The translations under genes and the position numbers were made by a program. From Chiloscyllium plagiosum (lineage: Eukaryota), in the NCBI RefSeq assembly GCF_004010195.1, contig NW_025215354.1, forward strand, positions 56,777 through 118,754: 61,978 nt of DNA. Direction: 5' to 3'. The first letter of the stretch is position 1. Each line of letters opens with the position of its first letter. Positions 23,581-36,233 of the stretch are shown here, one piece after another. The notes beneath the pieces are model-generated. The model searched no databases. It was not told where the DNA came from and saw only the letters and a list, made by a program, of their open reading frames with translations.

Positions 23581-24618
23581 GTGATAACATTTTTGGAATG
23601 GCAGCTGGTGACGAGCAATGTCCTGCAGGGTTCAGTGTTGGGGCTACAGCTGTTCACTTTATATATTAATGATCTGGATGAAGGGACTGGGGGCATTCTG
23701 GTGAAGTTTACCGATGATACGAAGATAGGTGGACAGGCAGGTAGTACTGAGGAAGTGGGGAGGCTGCAGAAGGATCGAGACAGTTTGGGAGAGTGGTCCA
23801 GGAAATGGCTGATGGAATTCAATGTGAGCAAATGCGAGGTCTTGCACTTTGGAAAAAAGAATACAGGCATGGACTATTTTCTTAACGGTGAGAAAATTCA
23901 TGAAGCCAAAGTACAAAGGGATCTGGGAGTGCTCATCCAGGATTCTTGCAAGGTTGACTTGAAGATTGGGTTTGTGATTAAGAAAGCAAATGTAATGTTG
24001 CTATTTATCTCAGGAGGGTTGGGACACAAAAGCAGTGATGTGCTTCTGAGACTTTATAAAGCTCTGGTTAGGCCCCATTTGGAATACTGTGTCCAACTTT
24101 GGGTCCCACACCTCAGGAAGGACATACTGGCACTCGACCGTGTCCAGCAGAGATTCACACGGATGATCCCTGGAATGGTAGGCCTAACATACGATGAACA
24201 GCTGAGGATCCTGGGATTAGAGTTTAGAAGGTTGAGGGGAGATCGAATAGAAACTTTCAAGATAATGCATGGCTTAGAAAGGGTGGATGCTGGGAAGTTG
24301 TTTCCATCAGGCAGAGAGACTCGGACTCGTGGGCACAGCCTTAGAATTAGAGGGGGTCAATTTAGAATGGAAATGAGGAGACATTTCTTCAGCCAGAGAG
24401 TGGTGGGCCTTTGGAATTCATTGCTGCGGAGCACAGTGGAGGCTGGGATGTTAAATGTCTTCAAGGCAGAGATTGGATAAATCTTGATCTCGCAAGGAAT
24501 TAAGGAAATGGGGAGAGTGCGGTGAAGTGGAGTTGAAATGCCCATCAGCCATGATTGAACGGCAGAGTGGACTCGATGGGCCGAATGGCCTTGCTTACAC
24601 TCCTATATCTTATGGTCT
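23581..24618 (+). mobile_element. CR1 LINE, 5'-truncated; 299-aa open RT C-terminal frame
   Basis: QGSVLG..LF..YINDL, KFTDDTK, RPHLEYC, RRLRGD, FFSQRVVGLWNSL followed by 3' UTR. Confidence 0.9.
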
Positions 24619-24929
24619 ATATAAGTAGAGGTGGTCTCACTAATACCAGAGGATAAAGCAGACTATTGACATGGAATGTGTTGTTCTTGTTAAACTGGTC
24701 AAACTGAGGTGTTCGAGAACTTTTCGCTGAGTCTTCTTTGTAGTCGAGGGATGTACAGGCTCAGTGGGTTAGCCACGTGAAATGCAGGATGACAGAGTAT
24801 AGGGTAGGGAGGGTGGGTCTAGGTGGGCTGCTCTTTGGAGGATCATAGTGGACTCAATGGGCCGAATGGCCTGCTTCCACACCGATGGAATTCCATGATT
24901 CTGGTCCGGCTTCCATTCCCAGCATTCTG

Positions 24930-25244
24930 ATTAGATTAGATTACTTCTCGTGTGAAAATAGGCCCTTTGGCCCAACAAGTCCACACCGACCTGCCGAAGT
25001 GCAACCCACCCATTCCCCTACATTTACCCCTTACCTAACACTACGGGCAATTTAGCATGGCCAATTCACCTGACCTGCACATCTTTGGACTGTGGGAGGA
25101 AACCGGAGCACCCGGAGGAAACCTACACAGACACGGGGAGAACATGCAAACTCCACACAGTCAGTCACCTGAGGTGGGAATTGAACCCGGGGTCTCTGGC
25201 GCTGTGAGGCAGCACTGCTAACCACTGTGCCACTGTGCCGCCCA
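24930..25244 (-). mobile_element. HE1-type SINE
   Basis: Full-length minus-strand copy with (aatct)n tail. Confidence 0.85.
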
Positions 25245-25479
25245 CGAACGATCTGGGAACGATTCTGGGAATGATCCTGCCGAGAACTCCTGGAAGAGAA
25301 CCTTTCCACTGTATGTACTCAGAAAATTCCGTTTTTAAGAGACTCCAATTTCCAACGCATTCCATAGTGGATCACAACTCAAAATTCAAAGCTGTGTTCC
25401 TGCTCTTTGCTCCCTAGCTTTTCCATGTGGCCAAATCGCATGTCTCATGCCTCAAGTCAGGAAAATGCTTGAGGCGAGA

Positions 25480-25681
25480 CTGGAAAAGCACAGCCGCTCA
25501 GGCAGCATCCAGGGAGCAGGAGAATCGACACTTTGAGCATAAACTCTTCACCAGGATGTTTATGCTTGAAGAACGTATGCTCGAAACGTCAACTCTCCTG
25601 CTCCTGCCGGATCTGCTCTGCTTTTCCAACACCACCCTCTTCGACTCTGATCTCCAGCATCTGCAGCCCTCACTTTCTCCT
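25480..25681. mobile_element. Older fold-back Penelope-derived insertion
   Basis: Same arms as 10069 with diverged hammerhead cores and the 3' end ctctgatctccagcatctgcagccctcactttctcct. Confidence 0.65.
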
Positions 25682-26047
25682 CGTGAGGCTGGGATATAAG
25701 GACCAGACACAGTGGTGCTGTCAGTCTCCATGGTGTCCGTGGGACTGGTTGCATTTAGCCCACTGTCAACATAGAGTGGAAGATTGTGGTCCCATTATCG
25801 GTGTGTTCCTCAGGAAATTGCTGTCAGTGAGAGCAGCAAGTGTCAGACAGTTTGAGGGAAAGCGAGGTGCAGGCTGACCACGAGTGCACCCGCAAGGTCA
25901 GATTTCAGGCCCGGCCTACTTTTGATTCCTGGCCTCATCCCCGCATATCCTGAGAACAGCAACTGGTCGGCTCGAATCATTTGGAGGTTGGCCAGTGGGA
26001 ATGTGAGAGAGAGAGTCAAACAGAAAAGTGGCTAAAAGGGTGAAGAG

Positions 26048-26185
26048 ATGGAAATGTGTTGCTGGAAAAGCGCAGCAGGTCAGGCAGCATCTAGGGAACA
26101 GGAGAATCGACGTTTCAGGCATTAGCCCTTTTCCAGCAACACATTTCCATCTCTGATCTCCAGCATCTGCAGACCTCACTTTCTC
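26048..26185. mobile_element. Short fold-back Penelope-derived insertion with 16-bp TSD
   Basis: TSD ctaaaagggtgaagag at 26032-26047 and 26186-26201; inverted arms; same 3' end as 52780-52810. Confidence 0.8.
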
Positions 26186-26722
26186 CTAAAAGGGTGAAGA
26201 GGCCATCGTGGACAAGGGAGGATTGGTGAGAGATTCGGGCCTACCTTCAGATGACAGGAACACCACGGCAACCATCTTGTTCAAGCCTGAGTTAAAATCT
26301 TAATGGACTCCCAGATCTCATACAAATTTGGTCTGTATCACCAAATTAGATTTTAGGTTTAGACTTTATTGTCATATGTACCAAGCACAGTGAAAAGTTT
26401 TCAATCCCACCAGACTCTGCACCACCTTAGGTACACATACCTAGGTACAAAACCTTAAAACAAGGCAGAAAGAAATAAAGAACAAAGTTAAAAGTTAAAC
26501 ATTATGTGTCGCTCTCAGAATAATATAAAGAAATAAAGTTAAAAGTTAAACATTAAAATGGCAGGCAGAAGGCTTCCAGAAAGATTTAACGGACTTGTTT
26601 CTGCTGTGGAGGATGGCTTAAAATTATACTCCAGTCAATTGACTTCCTTATTTCTGTGCTGTCACCAATCGAGAGAATCTTTTGCGTTGCCGAGAACTAA
26701 GGTTGGATATTTTGTGTTCCAG

Positions 26723-26943
26723 CATTCAATGAAGTGGGCGGCTATGACACCATGAAGGAGAAATATATGAATGCCATCACTAGCCAGACGACTTCACCCG
26801 ATCTGAACATCAGTGCGAAATGTTACACACCCCGTCCAGACTCTTTCCACTTGTTCCGAAATCCCATCACTGGTGATATTCCTTGGCCAGGCCTGATCTT
26901 CGGCCTGTCAATCCTGGCAATCTGGTATTGGTGTACCGATCAG
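26723..26943 (+). CDS. slc5a1: SGLT1 coding exon (exon 8 equivalent, 221 nt)
   Basis: ttccAG|CA TTC...CAG|GTaaga; encodes [74 protein letters not shown]. Confidence 0.95.
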
Positions 26944-27923
26944 GTAAGAGATAGTCACACCAGATGCCAAGTTTCTCATTCCTTTTGGCTTTGTTCCCCT
27001 TTATTTCTGCTGCTTTCTTTTTATTCCACCTTTGTAATCAAGTGTGTAACCAAGATGGCGCCAGTCATGTCAGCGGAGGCAAGATGGCGCTGAAGGGTGA
27101 CACAGCGAAGGGGACTCATGTCTGGCCATCAGGCTCATGCCCCATGGTGGAACATTTAACCAGAAGGGCTGTAAAGGTGGACACTTGCTTTATATCTTCG
27201 TTCTTCAGCCTTAATATTCTATGTTTTGGTTTATTTTTCAGTGTTTTAAGATGGCCGCCAGACTGTGGCAACACTATACAACACTTTTCACAGCATTTTG
27301 TAACAAGAAACACATGACTCTAAAAAATCAAATCAAATAGGTGAAAACCACATACACTGTGTTGATTTTAGCTATGACTGAGTCTAGGCATTGGACCCTT
27401 CTGAAAAGGTCGCTACATAACTGGACCCTGCGTTTAAACATTGCAAAAGAACTGTTAGTGTAATTGTTGTCCTTTTTAAACAACGCTTTGAGATTCTAAT
27501 ATTTAATTCAGTGTGATCTTGGCAAGTTGAGTGGGTGTCCAATTGCATAGGAGAAGGTGCGGACTGCAGATGCTGGAGATCCGAGTCAAAATTCCTGTTG
27601 AAGAGCTTAGGCTCGAAACATCGACTCTCCTGCTCCTCAGATGCTGCCCGACCTACTGTACTTTTCCAGCACTACACGTTAGGGCCAATTGATTAGCAAA
27701 TGCATAATAATGTGGGTGAAATGTGAGGTAATCACTTTGGCAGCAAACCAAGAAGATAGATTATTATCTAAATGACTATAAATTGAGAGGGGGACCTGGG
27801 CGTCGTTCCACATCAGTCGCTGAAAGTGACATTGCAGGTGCAGCAGGCAGTGAAGAAGAAAATTAATGTGTTGACCTTCAGAGTGAGAAGATTCAAGTAC
27901 AAGAGCAAGAAGCAGTAGCACCA

Positions 27924-28217
27924 TGGGTGGCATGGTAGCTCAGTGGTTAGCACTGCTACCTCCCACCACCAGTGTCCCAGCCTCGGGTGACTGTGTGGAG
28001 TTTGCACATTCTCCCCGTGTCAGCGTGGGTTTCCTCCGGGTGCTCCGGTTTTCTCCCACAGTCCAAAGATGTGCAGGTCAGGGTGAATTGGCCATACTAA
28101 ATTGCCCGTAGTGTTTGGTGCATTAGTCAGAGGAAGGTGGGTTGCTCTTTGGAGGGTTGGTGTGGACTGGTTGGGCTGAAGGGCCTGTTTCCACACCGTA
28201 GGGAATCTAATCTAATA
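27924..28217 (+). mobile_element. HE1-type SINE
   Basis: Head, V-domain and (aatct)n tail. Confidence 0.85.
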
Positions 28218-28284
28218 TCTTGCTGCAATTGTACTGGGCCTTGGTAAGACCACACCTGGAGAACTGTGTGTAGTTTTGGTTTCC

Positions 28285-30518
28285 TTAGAGAATCCCTACA
28301 GTGTGGAAACAGGCCATTTGGCCCAACAAGTCCACCCGACCCTCTGAAGAGTAACCCAACCCAACCCATTCCACCCTCCATTACTCTGCATTTACCCCTG
28401 ACTAATGCACCTAACCTACACACCCCTGAACACTATGGGCAATTTAGCATGGCCAATTCACCCTAACCTACACATCCCTGAGCACTATGGGTAATTTAGC
28501 GTGGCCAATTCACCCTAACCTACACATCCATGAACACTATGGGTAATTTAGCATGGCCAATTCACCCTAACCTCCACATCCCTGAGCACTATGGGTAATT
28601 TAGCATGGCCAATTCACCCTAACCTACACATCCCTGAGCACTGTGGGTAATTTAGCTTTAGCATGGCCAATTCACCCTAACCTCCACATCCCTGAGCACT
28701 ATGGGTAATTTAGCATGGCCAATTCACCCTAACCTACACATCCCTGAGCACTATGGGTAATTTACCATGGCCAATTCACCGCAATCTTCACATCCCTGAG
28801 CACTATGGGTAATTTAGCATGGCCAATTCACCCTAACCTACACATCCCTGAGCACTATGGGTAATTTAGCATCGCCAATTCACCCTAACGTACACATCCC
28901 TGAACACTATGGGCAATTTAGCATGGCCACAATTCACCCGAACCTACACATCCCTGAACACTATGGAGTAATTTAGCATGGCCAATTCACCCTAACCTTC
29001 ACATCCCTGAACACTATGGGGTAATTTAGCATGGCCTATTCACCTGAACCTGCACATCCCTGAACACTATGGGTAATTTAGCATGGCCAATTCACCCTAA
29101 CCTTCACATCCCTGAACACCATGGGGTAATTTACCATGGCCTATTCACCTGAACCTACACATCCCTGAACACTATGGGTAATTTAGCATGGCCAATTCAC
29201 CCTAACCTACACACCCCTGAACACTATGGGCAATTTAGCATGGCCAATTCATCCTAACCTACACATCCCTGAACATTGTAATTTAGCATGGCCAATTCAC
29301 CCTAACCTACACATCCCTGAACACTATGGGGTAATTTAGCATGGCCAATTCACCCTAACCTACACACCCCTGAACACTATGGGCAATTTAGCATGGCCAA
29401 TTCACTCGAACCTACACATCCCTGAACACTATGGGCAATTTAGCATGGCCAATCTACCCTAACCTACACATCCCTGAACACTATGGGCAATTTAGCATGG
29501 CCAATCTACCCTAACCTACACATCCCTGAACACTATGGACAATTTAGCATGGCCAATTCACCCTAACCTACACATCCCTGAACACTATGGACAATTTAGC
29601 ATGGCCAATTCACCCTAACCTACACATCCCTGAACACTATGGACAATTTAGCATGGCCAATTCACCCTAACCTACACATCCCTGAACACTATGGACAATT
29701 TAGCATGGCCAATTCACCCTAACCTACACATCCCTGAACACTATGGACAATTTAGCATGGCCAATTCACCCTAACCTACACATCCCTGAACACTATGGAC
29801 AATTTAGCATGGCCAATTCACCCTAACCTACACATCCCTGAACACTATGGACAATTTAGCATGGCCAATTCACCCTAACCTACACATCCCTGAACACTAT
29901 GGACAATTTAGCATGGCCAATTCACCCTAACCTACACATCCCTGAACACTATGGACAATTTAGCATGGCCAATTCACCCTAACCTACACATCCCTGAACA
30001 CTATGGACAATTTAGCATGGCCAATTCACCCTAACCTACACATCCCTGAACACTATGGACAATTTAGCATGGCCAATTCACCCTAACCTACACATCCCTG
30101 AACACTATGGACAATTTAGCATGGCCAATTCACCCTAACCTACACATCCCTGAACACTATGGGTAATTTAGCATGGCCAATTCACCCTAACCTACACATC
30201 CCTGAACACTATGGGGTAATTTAGCATGACCAATTCACCCTAACCTTCACATCCCTGAACACGATGGGTAATTTAGCGTGGCCAATTCACCCTAACCTAC
30301 ACATCCCTGAGCACTATGGGTAATTTAGCATGGCCAATTCACCCTAACCTACACATCCCTGAACACTATGGGGTAATTTAGCATGACCAATTCACCCTAA
30401 CCTTCACATCCCTGAACACTATGGGGCAATCGAGCATGGCCTATTCACCTGAACCTGCACATCTTTGGATTGTGAGAGGAAATCAGAGGAAACCCACGCA
30501 GACATGGGGAGAATGTAA
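28285..30518 (-). mobile_element. HE1-type SINE inflated by an internal tandem array
   Basis: SINE tail at 28285-28405 and SINE body at 30455-30518 flank the array. Confidence 0.85.
28409..30463. repeat. 52-bp minisatellite (~39-40 copies) derived from the SINE interior
   Basis: Unit cctacacatccctgaacactatggacaatttagcatggccaattcaccctaa; period 52 (e.g. 29521 to 29573). Confidence 0.95.
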
Positions 30519-30865
30519 AAGAGGAAGGATGTTCTGACTACGGAGGGAGTGTGGTGAAAGTTCATCAGACTGAATCCTGCGATGGCAGGACTGGGGGATG
30601 AAGACAGACTGGATCAGTTCGGACTACATTCACTCGAGTTTCGAAGAAGGGGAGGGGGTTGGGATTTCATCAAACCCTACAAATTCTAATGACTAGACAG
30701 AGTAAACACAGGAAGGATATTCCCAATAACCAGGGAGTTCAGAACCAGGGGTCACAGTCTAAGGATTCAGGGTAGACCATTCCAGACTGAGATGAGGAGA
30801 ACAGTCTTCATCCATGAAGTGGGGAGCCTGTGGAATTCTCTGTCACAGAAAGCAGTTGAGGCCAA

Positions 30866-32425
30866 AAATAGATAAGTCCCCTGGGCCTTATGTGGGATTT
30901 ATCCTAGGATTCTCTGGGAAGCCAGGAGGAGATTGCAGAGCCTTTGGTTTTAATCTTTATGTCATCATTGTCTCCAGGAATAGTGTCAGAAGACTGCAGG
31001 ATAGCAAATGTTGTCCCCTTGTTCAAGAAGGGGAGTAGAGACAACCCTGGTAGTTATCGACCAGTGAGCCTTACTTCGGTTGTGGGAAAGCGGTGGAAAG
31101 GATTAAAACAGATAGGATTTATAACCATTCAGAAATTAATAAGTTGATTAGGGATAGTCAACACAGTTTTGGGAAGGGTAGGTCGTGCCTCACAAACCTT
31201 ACTGAATTCTTTTAAGATGGTGACCAAACAGTTGACTGAAGGCAAAGCAGTTGATGTGGTATATATGGATTTCAATAAGGCACTTGATAAGGTTCCCCAC
31301 GATAGGTTATTGCACAAAATATGGAGACATGGGATTGAGAATGATTTAACAGTGCGGATCAGAAATTGGCTAGCTGAAAGAAGACAAAGGGTGGTGGTTG
31401 ATGGGAAATGTTCATCCAGGAGTTCAGTTACTAGTGGCGTACCGCAAGGATCTGTTTTGGGGCCACTGCTGTTCGTCAGTTCTATAAATGACCTTGATGA
31501 GGGTGGAGAAGGATGGGTTAGTAAATTTGTGGGTGACACTAAGGTCGGTGGAGTTGTGGATAGTGACGAAGGATGTTGTAGGTTACAGAAGGACATAGAT
31601 AAGTTGCAGAGCTGGGCTGAGAGGTGGCAAATGGAGTTTAATGTGGAAAAGTGTGAGGTGATTCATTTTGGAAGGAGGAACAGGAATACAGAGTACTGGG
31701 CTAATGGTAAGATTCTTGATAGTGTAGATGAGCAGAGAGACCTCTGTGTCCACGTACATAGATCCCTGTGAAAGTTGCCACCCAGGTTGATAGGATTGTT
31801 AAGAAGGCATACGGTGTGTTAGCTTTTCTTGGGAGAGGGATTGAGTTTCTGAATCATGAGGTCATGTTGCAGCTGTACAAAACTCTGGTACGGCCGCACT
31901 TGGAGTATTGTGTACAGTTCTGGTCACCGCATTATACAAATGATGTGGAAGCTTTGGAAAGGGTTCAGAGGAGATTTACCAGGATGTTGCCTGGTATGGA
32001 GGGAAGGTCTTATGAGGAAAGGCAGAGCGACTTGAGGCTGTTTTCGTGAGAGAACAGAAGGTTGAGAGGTGACTTAATTGAGACATATAAGATAATCAGA
32101 GAGTGAGATAGGATGGACAGTGAGAGCCTTTTTCCTTGGATGGTGATGGCTAGCACAAGGGGTTATAGCTTTAAATTGTGGGGTGATAGATATAGGACAG
32201 ATGTCAGAGGTAGGTTCTTTACTCAGAGAGCAGTAGGGGTGTAGAATGCATTGCCTGAAACAGTAGTAGACTCGCCAACTTTAAGGGCATTTAAATGGTC
32301 ATTGGATAGGCATATGGACGAGAATGGAATAGTGTAGGTGAGATGGGCTTCAGATTGGTTCCACAGGTAGGCACAACATCGAGGGCCGAAGGGCCTGTAG
32401 TGCGCTGGAATGTTCGATGTTCTGT
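30866..32425 (+). mobile_element. CR1 LINE (RT to tail) nested in another CR1 3' fragment (30520-30865 and 32426-32597)
   Basis: KSPGP, ANVVPLFKKG, YMDFNKALDKVPH, SGVPQGSVLGPLLF, RPHLEYCVQFW; host element resumes at gttttcaagaaggag. Confidence 0.88.
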
Positions 32426-32696
32426 TGTTTTCAAGAAGGAGTTTGATATAATTCTTAGAACTAAAGGGGTCAAAGGGCACGGGGAGAAAACAGGAACAGG
32501 AGACTGAGTTGGATGATCGGCCATGATGGTATTGAATGGTGTAGCATGTTCAAAGGGCTGAATGGCCTCCTCCTGCTCCTATTTTCTACGTTTTCATGTA
32601 TTATGCAAGTGTGTCTGTGGAAAGCGTATCAACGTACAAAGGCCAATAACAGGTTAGGATTGTATTCACAAGACGAAATGAATGCGAGATCAGTTA

Positions 32697-32930
32697 TTAA
32701 TTACCTCCACCACTTTAGGTGGGAGGGGGTAATACTTTTGCCCGTTGTTTACTTGTCTGTGTATAATATATCCCAAATCCTAACGGACAAATTTCAACAA
32801 GACTTGCCACACAGATAGGACATTGGCCCAAGAAAAAACCGATTACTATGGTAAAAAATGTAGATCTGATCTGAATCCTGGAATCTTTGATCCATTGACA
32901 TCGGGAGATGGAGAAAATTGACTTTGCTTT
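32697..32930 (+). mobile_element. Probable non-autonomous Helentron-type (HINE-like) element
   Basis: attacctccacc...ggtgggagg subterminal hairpin, tgtttacttgtctgt microsatellite-like stretch and ggcccaagaaaaaaccgatta...gatctgatctgaatcctggaat core resemble fish HINEs (from memory). Confidence 0.4.
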
Positions 32931-34628
32931 CGAATGTTGTGGGTTGGTTTATGTTGAATGCTGTTGAAAGTTGAAGAGCATTATGGACGATCTGAAATTG
33001 CCACAGCTGTCAAGAGGTGAGCAGAGTTTTCAGAGCAGGTTATTGGATGGAGATTGGCCTGAAGCCTCCTCCTGCAGGTCGAAGCTCTTAAATGAAATTA
33101 TTTGTTCCTTCAGCTTTTATTTCTTTCATGGAATCTGGCTGTTGCTGGCAAGGTTAGCATTTATTGGCTATCTCCAATGGCCCTCCCAATGAGGGTTCAC
33201 TAGGTCATTTCAGAGGACACTTGAGAGTCATCACAGGAGTCAGACGTCAGCCAGACCAGGTAAGGGGAGCAGATTTCCTTCCCTATAGTGCATTAGCGAA
33301 CTAAATGAGTTTTTGCAACAATCAGTGATGACCATCACAGACAACGTCTAGTTTTCAATTCCAGACCTGTTCATTGAATTTAAATTCCACAGTTTTGACA
33401 CATTCACGTCCCAGGACCCCAGAGCATTAGTCTGGCCTTTCAGGATATTACCAGTACACCATTGTTACAGTATATCAAACAGGCAGGAAAAAGGCTCAAG
33501 AAAGAGCCATTTCATTGTGCTAGCAGTGTTGTAAATCAGTGAGAACCGTGCAGTGTGTGTGGTGGTTGGCATTTTTCTGAGTCTCCTCTTCATCAGTTTT
33601 AATGCTGTCCTTGATGGATTTTCATTAATCAGAGCTGGCCTTGGACATGGGGGTGAACGGCAGGACGAGGACTAACTCTTTAAGGGGCAGAAGAAAACTC
33701 AGGGAAAGGGACCCAAGGGGTAAACCTTTCATGCAGAGGGTGGTGTGTCTATGGAATGAGCTGCCAGAGGAAAGTGGTGGAGGCTGGTACAATTACAACA
33801 GTTAAAAGGGTATATGAAGAGGAAGGGTTCAGAGGGATATGGACCGGGTGCTGGCAAATGGGACTAGATTGGGTTGGGATATCTGGAGAGTCTGTTTCCG
33901 TGCTGTACATCTCTATGACTCTATGACCAACTGCTTTGCTGCATTTCTGTGTCTTATATGTCCTCCATTCCCATGAAACATCAACACTTCATTTCTTGGT
34001 GTGTCACCCTTTTTAAACAGCGAGACCACTCAATAAACAGCAAAGTGAGCTCACCTTGACTGGCCACTATCTCACCTGGAGAATATCCAAAGGACAATGT
34101 CAAGCCTGATTTCCCCTTGGATTCCCCCTCTCCCTCACAATCGAAGGGGTGGCTGGGTCGTGGTAACACTGAAGACCAATAATCTGGGGACATGGGTTGA
34201 AATCCCAACAGGCTGGCCTGATGGTTGCATTTTGTCATTAAAAACCCCTCCAGTCCACGACGTGAAGGAAATCTGCTGTCCTTACCCAGTCTGGATAATG
34301 TGACTCCAGGCCCACTGTAATATGGTTGACTCTGGGCAATTAGGGATGGGCATTAAATGCTGGCCAAACCAGTGACACATTTTGCACAGAATAATGGCTA
34401 GTTTTTGCCCAGAACCTCCAAGTTGCTGGGAGCAGATAATGGCTCCAAAACCCGAGTCAATCATTTTAGCCCCACCTTCAACCCAACGGTTCAAAGGGAG
34501 CTCCTGACTGAAGACATACTTGGTCCAAAACAAACCAATGGGAGGTCTCCAGAATGAGGGTTTTTTACAAGATTTAACATGAAAGGCTCAGTTCCAGCAG
34601 TAACATGCTCCTCTCTGTCACATCGCAG

Positions 34629-34764
34629 GTCATCGTTCAACGCTGTCTCTCTGCGAAGAATATGAGTCACGTCAAGGCTGGTTGTATCCTTTGTGGCTAC
34701 CTCAAGCTGTTACCCATGTACCTCATGGTCTTCCCAGGAATGATCAGTCGGATTCTGTACACAG
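34629..34764 (+). CDS. slc5a1: SGLT1 coding exon (exon 9 equivalent, 136 nt)
   Basis: cgcAG|GTC...ACA G|GTacgg; encodes [45 protein letters not shown]. Confidence 0.95.
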
Positions 34765-35912
34765 GTACGGATTATCATGGAATTCTTTGAGGAAGCTTTA
34801 TCGGATAGCATCAAGCTTCCCACCTAACCTCCCGCTCTCTTTCACAAGAACAAGGAACAGGAGCAGGCCCGTGACGCGGTTGAAATTAGCAAAACCAAAG
34901 TGCTGGAGAAATTAGTGGGACTGAAAGCTGATATATCCCAAGGTGCTAATAATCTACATGTGCCCGATGGTGGCTGCGTCCAGAACCAGAGGTCACAGTC
35001 TGAGGATTCAGGGTGGACCATTCAGAACAGAGATGAGGAGACATTTCTTCACCCAGAGAGTGGTGAGCCTGTGGAATTCATCACCACAGGAAATAGTTGA
35101 TGTCAAAACATCGAATGTATTCATGGGGTGACTAGATAAAGCGCTGGGGTCAAATGGGACCAAAGATTATGAGGGGAGTGCAGGATGAGGCTGTTGAGTT
35201 GGATGATCAGCCATGATTGTGATGAATGGCGGAGCAGGCTTGAAGGGCTGAATGGCCTCCTCCTGCCCCTATCTTCTATGTTTCGATATCCCAGAGCACT
35301 AAAGGAGGTACCCATGGAAATAGTAGATGCATTAGTTCTCATCTTTTAAACTTCTATGGATTCTAACAGCAGATTGGATGCTGGTAAATGGAATTCTGTT
35401 TGTTTCTTTCCTTTCTGTTTAAACAGCAGAGTGTTTAACGTAAAATCAGTTGTAGGCAAAATGCTGGAGTTTATTATAAGGGATGTGGTGACAGTGAGAA
35501 CCAATGATTTTACACAAAGTCACCATGGATTTATGAAAGGGAAATTGTGTTTTACAAACCCACGAGTCGAGCAGTTGAGGGAGAGCCAGCAGGAGTGGCA
35601 TTTTCAGAGAACTTCAGCTTAAGTCCCACAACTCAGAGGGTATGCCTTATTAGCGGGGTGGGGGGGGGGAGGGGGGGGGGGGGGGACAGTGGTGCTGTGG
35701 GAAGAACTTTTATTTTAAGGTCACAGGTGGGCATCACTGGCTAGGTCAGCATTTATCGCCCATCCCTAGCTGACCCGGAGAAGATGGCTGGGGTGGGAGT
35801 GGGGAGCTGTCTTCGAGAACCGCTGCAGTCCATGTTCTGTAGGTCGACCCACAATGCCCTTACGGATTGAGTTCCAGGACTTTGACCCCGGGACACTGAA
35901 GGAACCAAGATG

Positions 35913-36233
35913 TACAGGTAGAAGATCATTTATCCGAAACGCTCAGGACCAGCTGATTTTTGGAATTCGGAATTTTCAAAACGTGGCAGTTTAATGGTGA
36001 AAGTTTTAAAAATCTTACCGGAGAAGCCGACTTCGAACTAAGAACGCGCTGGGCCACACCTCACCCCACCCCACGTCACATCTGAGTGACATGCATCGAA
36101 TGGGTGTCGACTTGGGTTAACTGTTTGCTGGCCAGACAAACTTGTTAATGAGAAAATAAACTTCACAAAGAAACATTCAGATTTCGGAGTTTTTCGGTTT
36201 TTGGCTGTTCAGAGAAAGGATCTTCTGCCTGCA
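35913..36233. mobile_element. Tc1/mariner (Tigger-like) MITE
   Basis: Terminal inverted repeats tacaggtagaagatcatttatccgaa / ttcagagaaaggatcttctgcctgca; internal tccgaa/ttcgga subrepeats. Confidence 0.7.

Noticed and set aside
23581..24480. 299-aa ORF as a host gene
   Set aside because: 5'-truncated CR1 reverse transcriptase C-terminus with an altered catalytic motif (FTDD).
28409..30463. CRISPR-like regular array
   Set aside because: No unique spacers; contiguous 52-bp tandem units from a SINE in a vertebrate intron.
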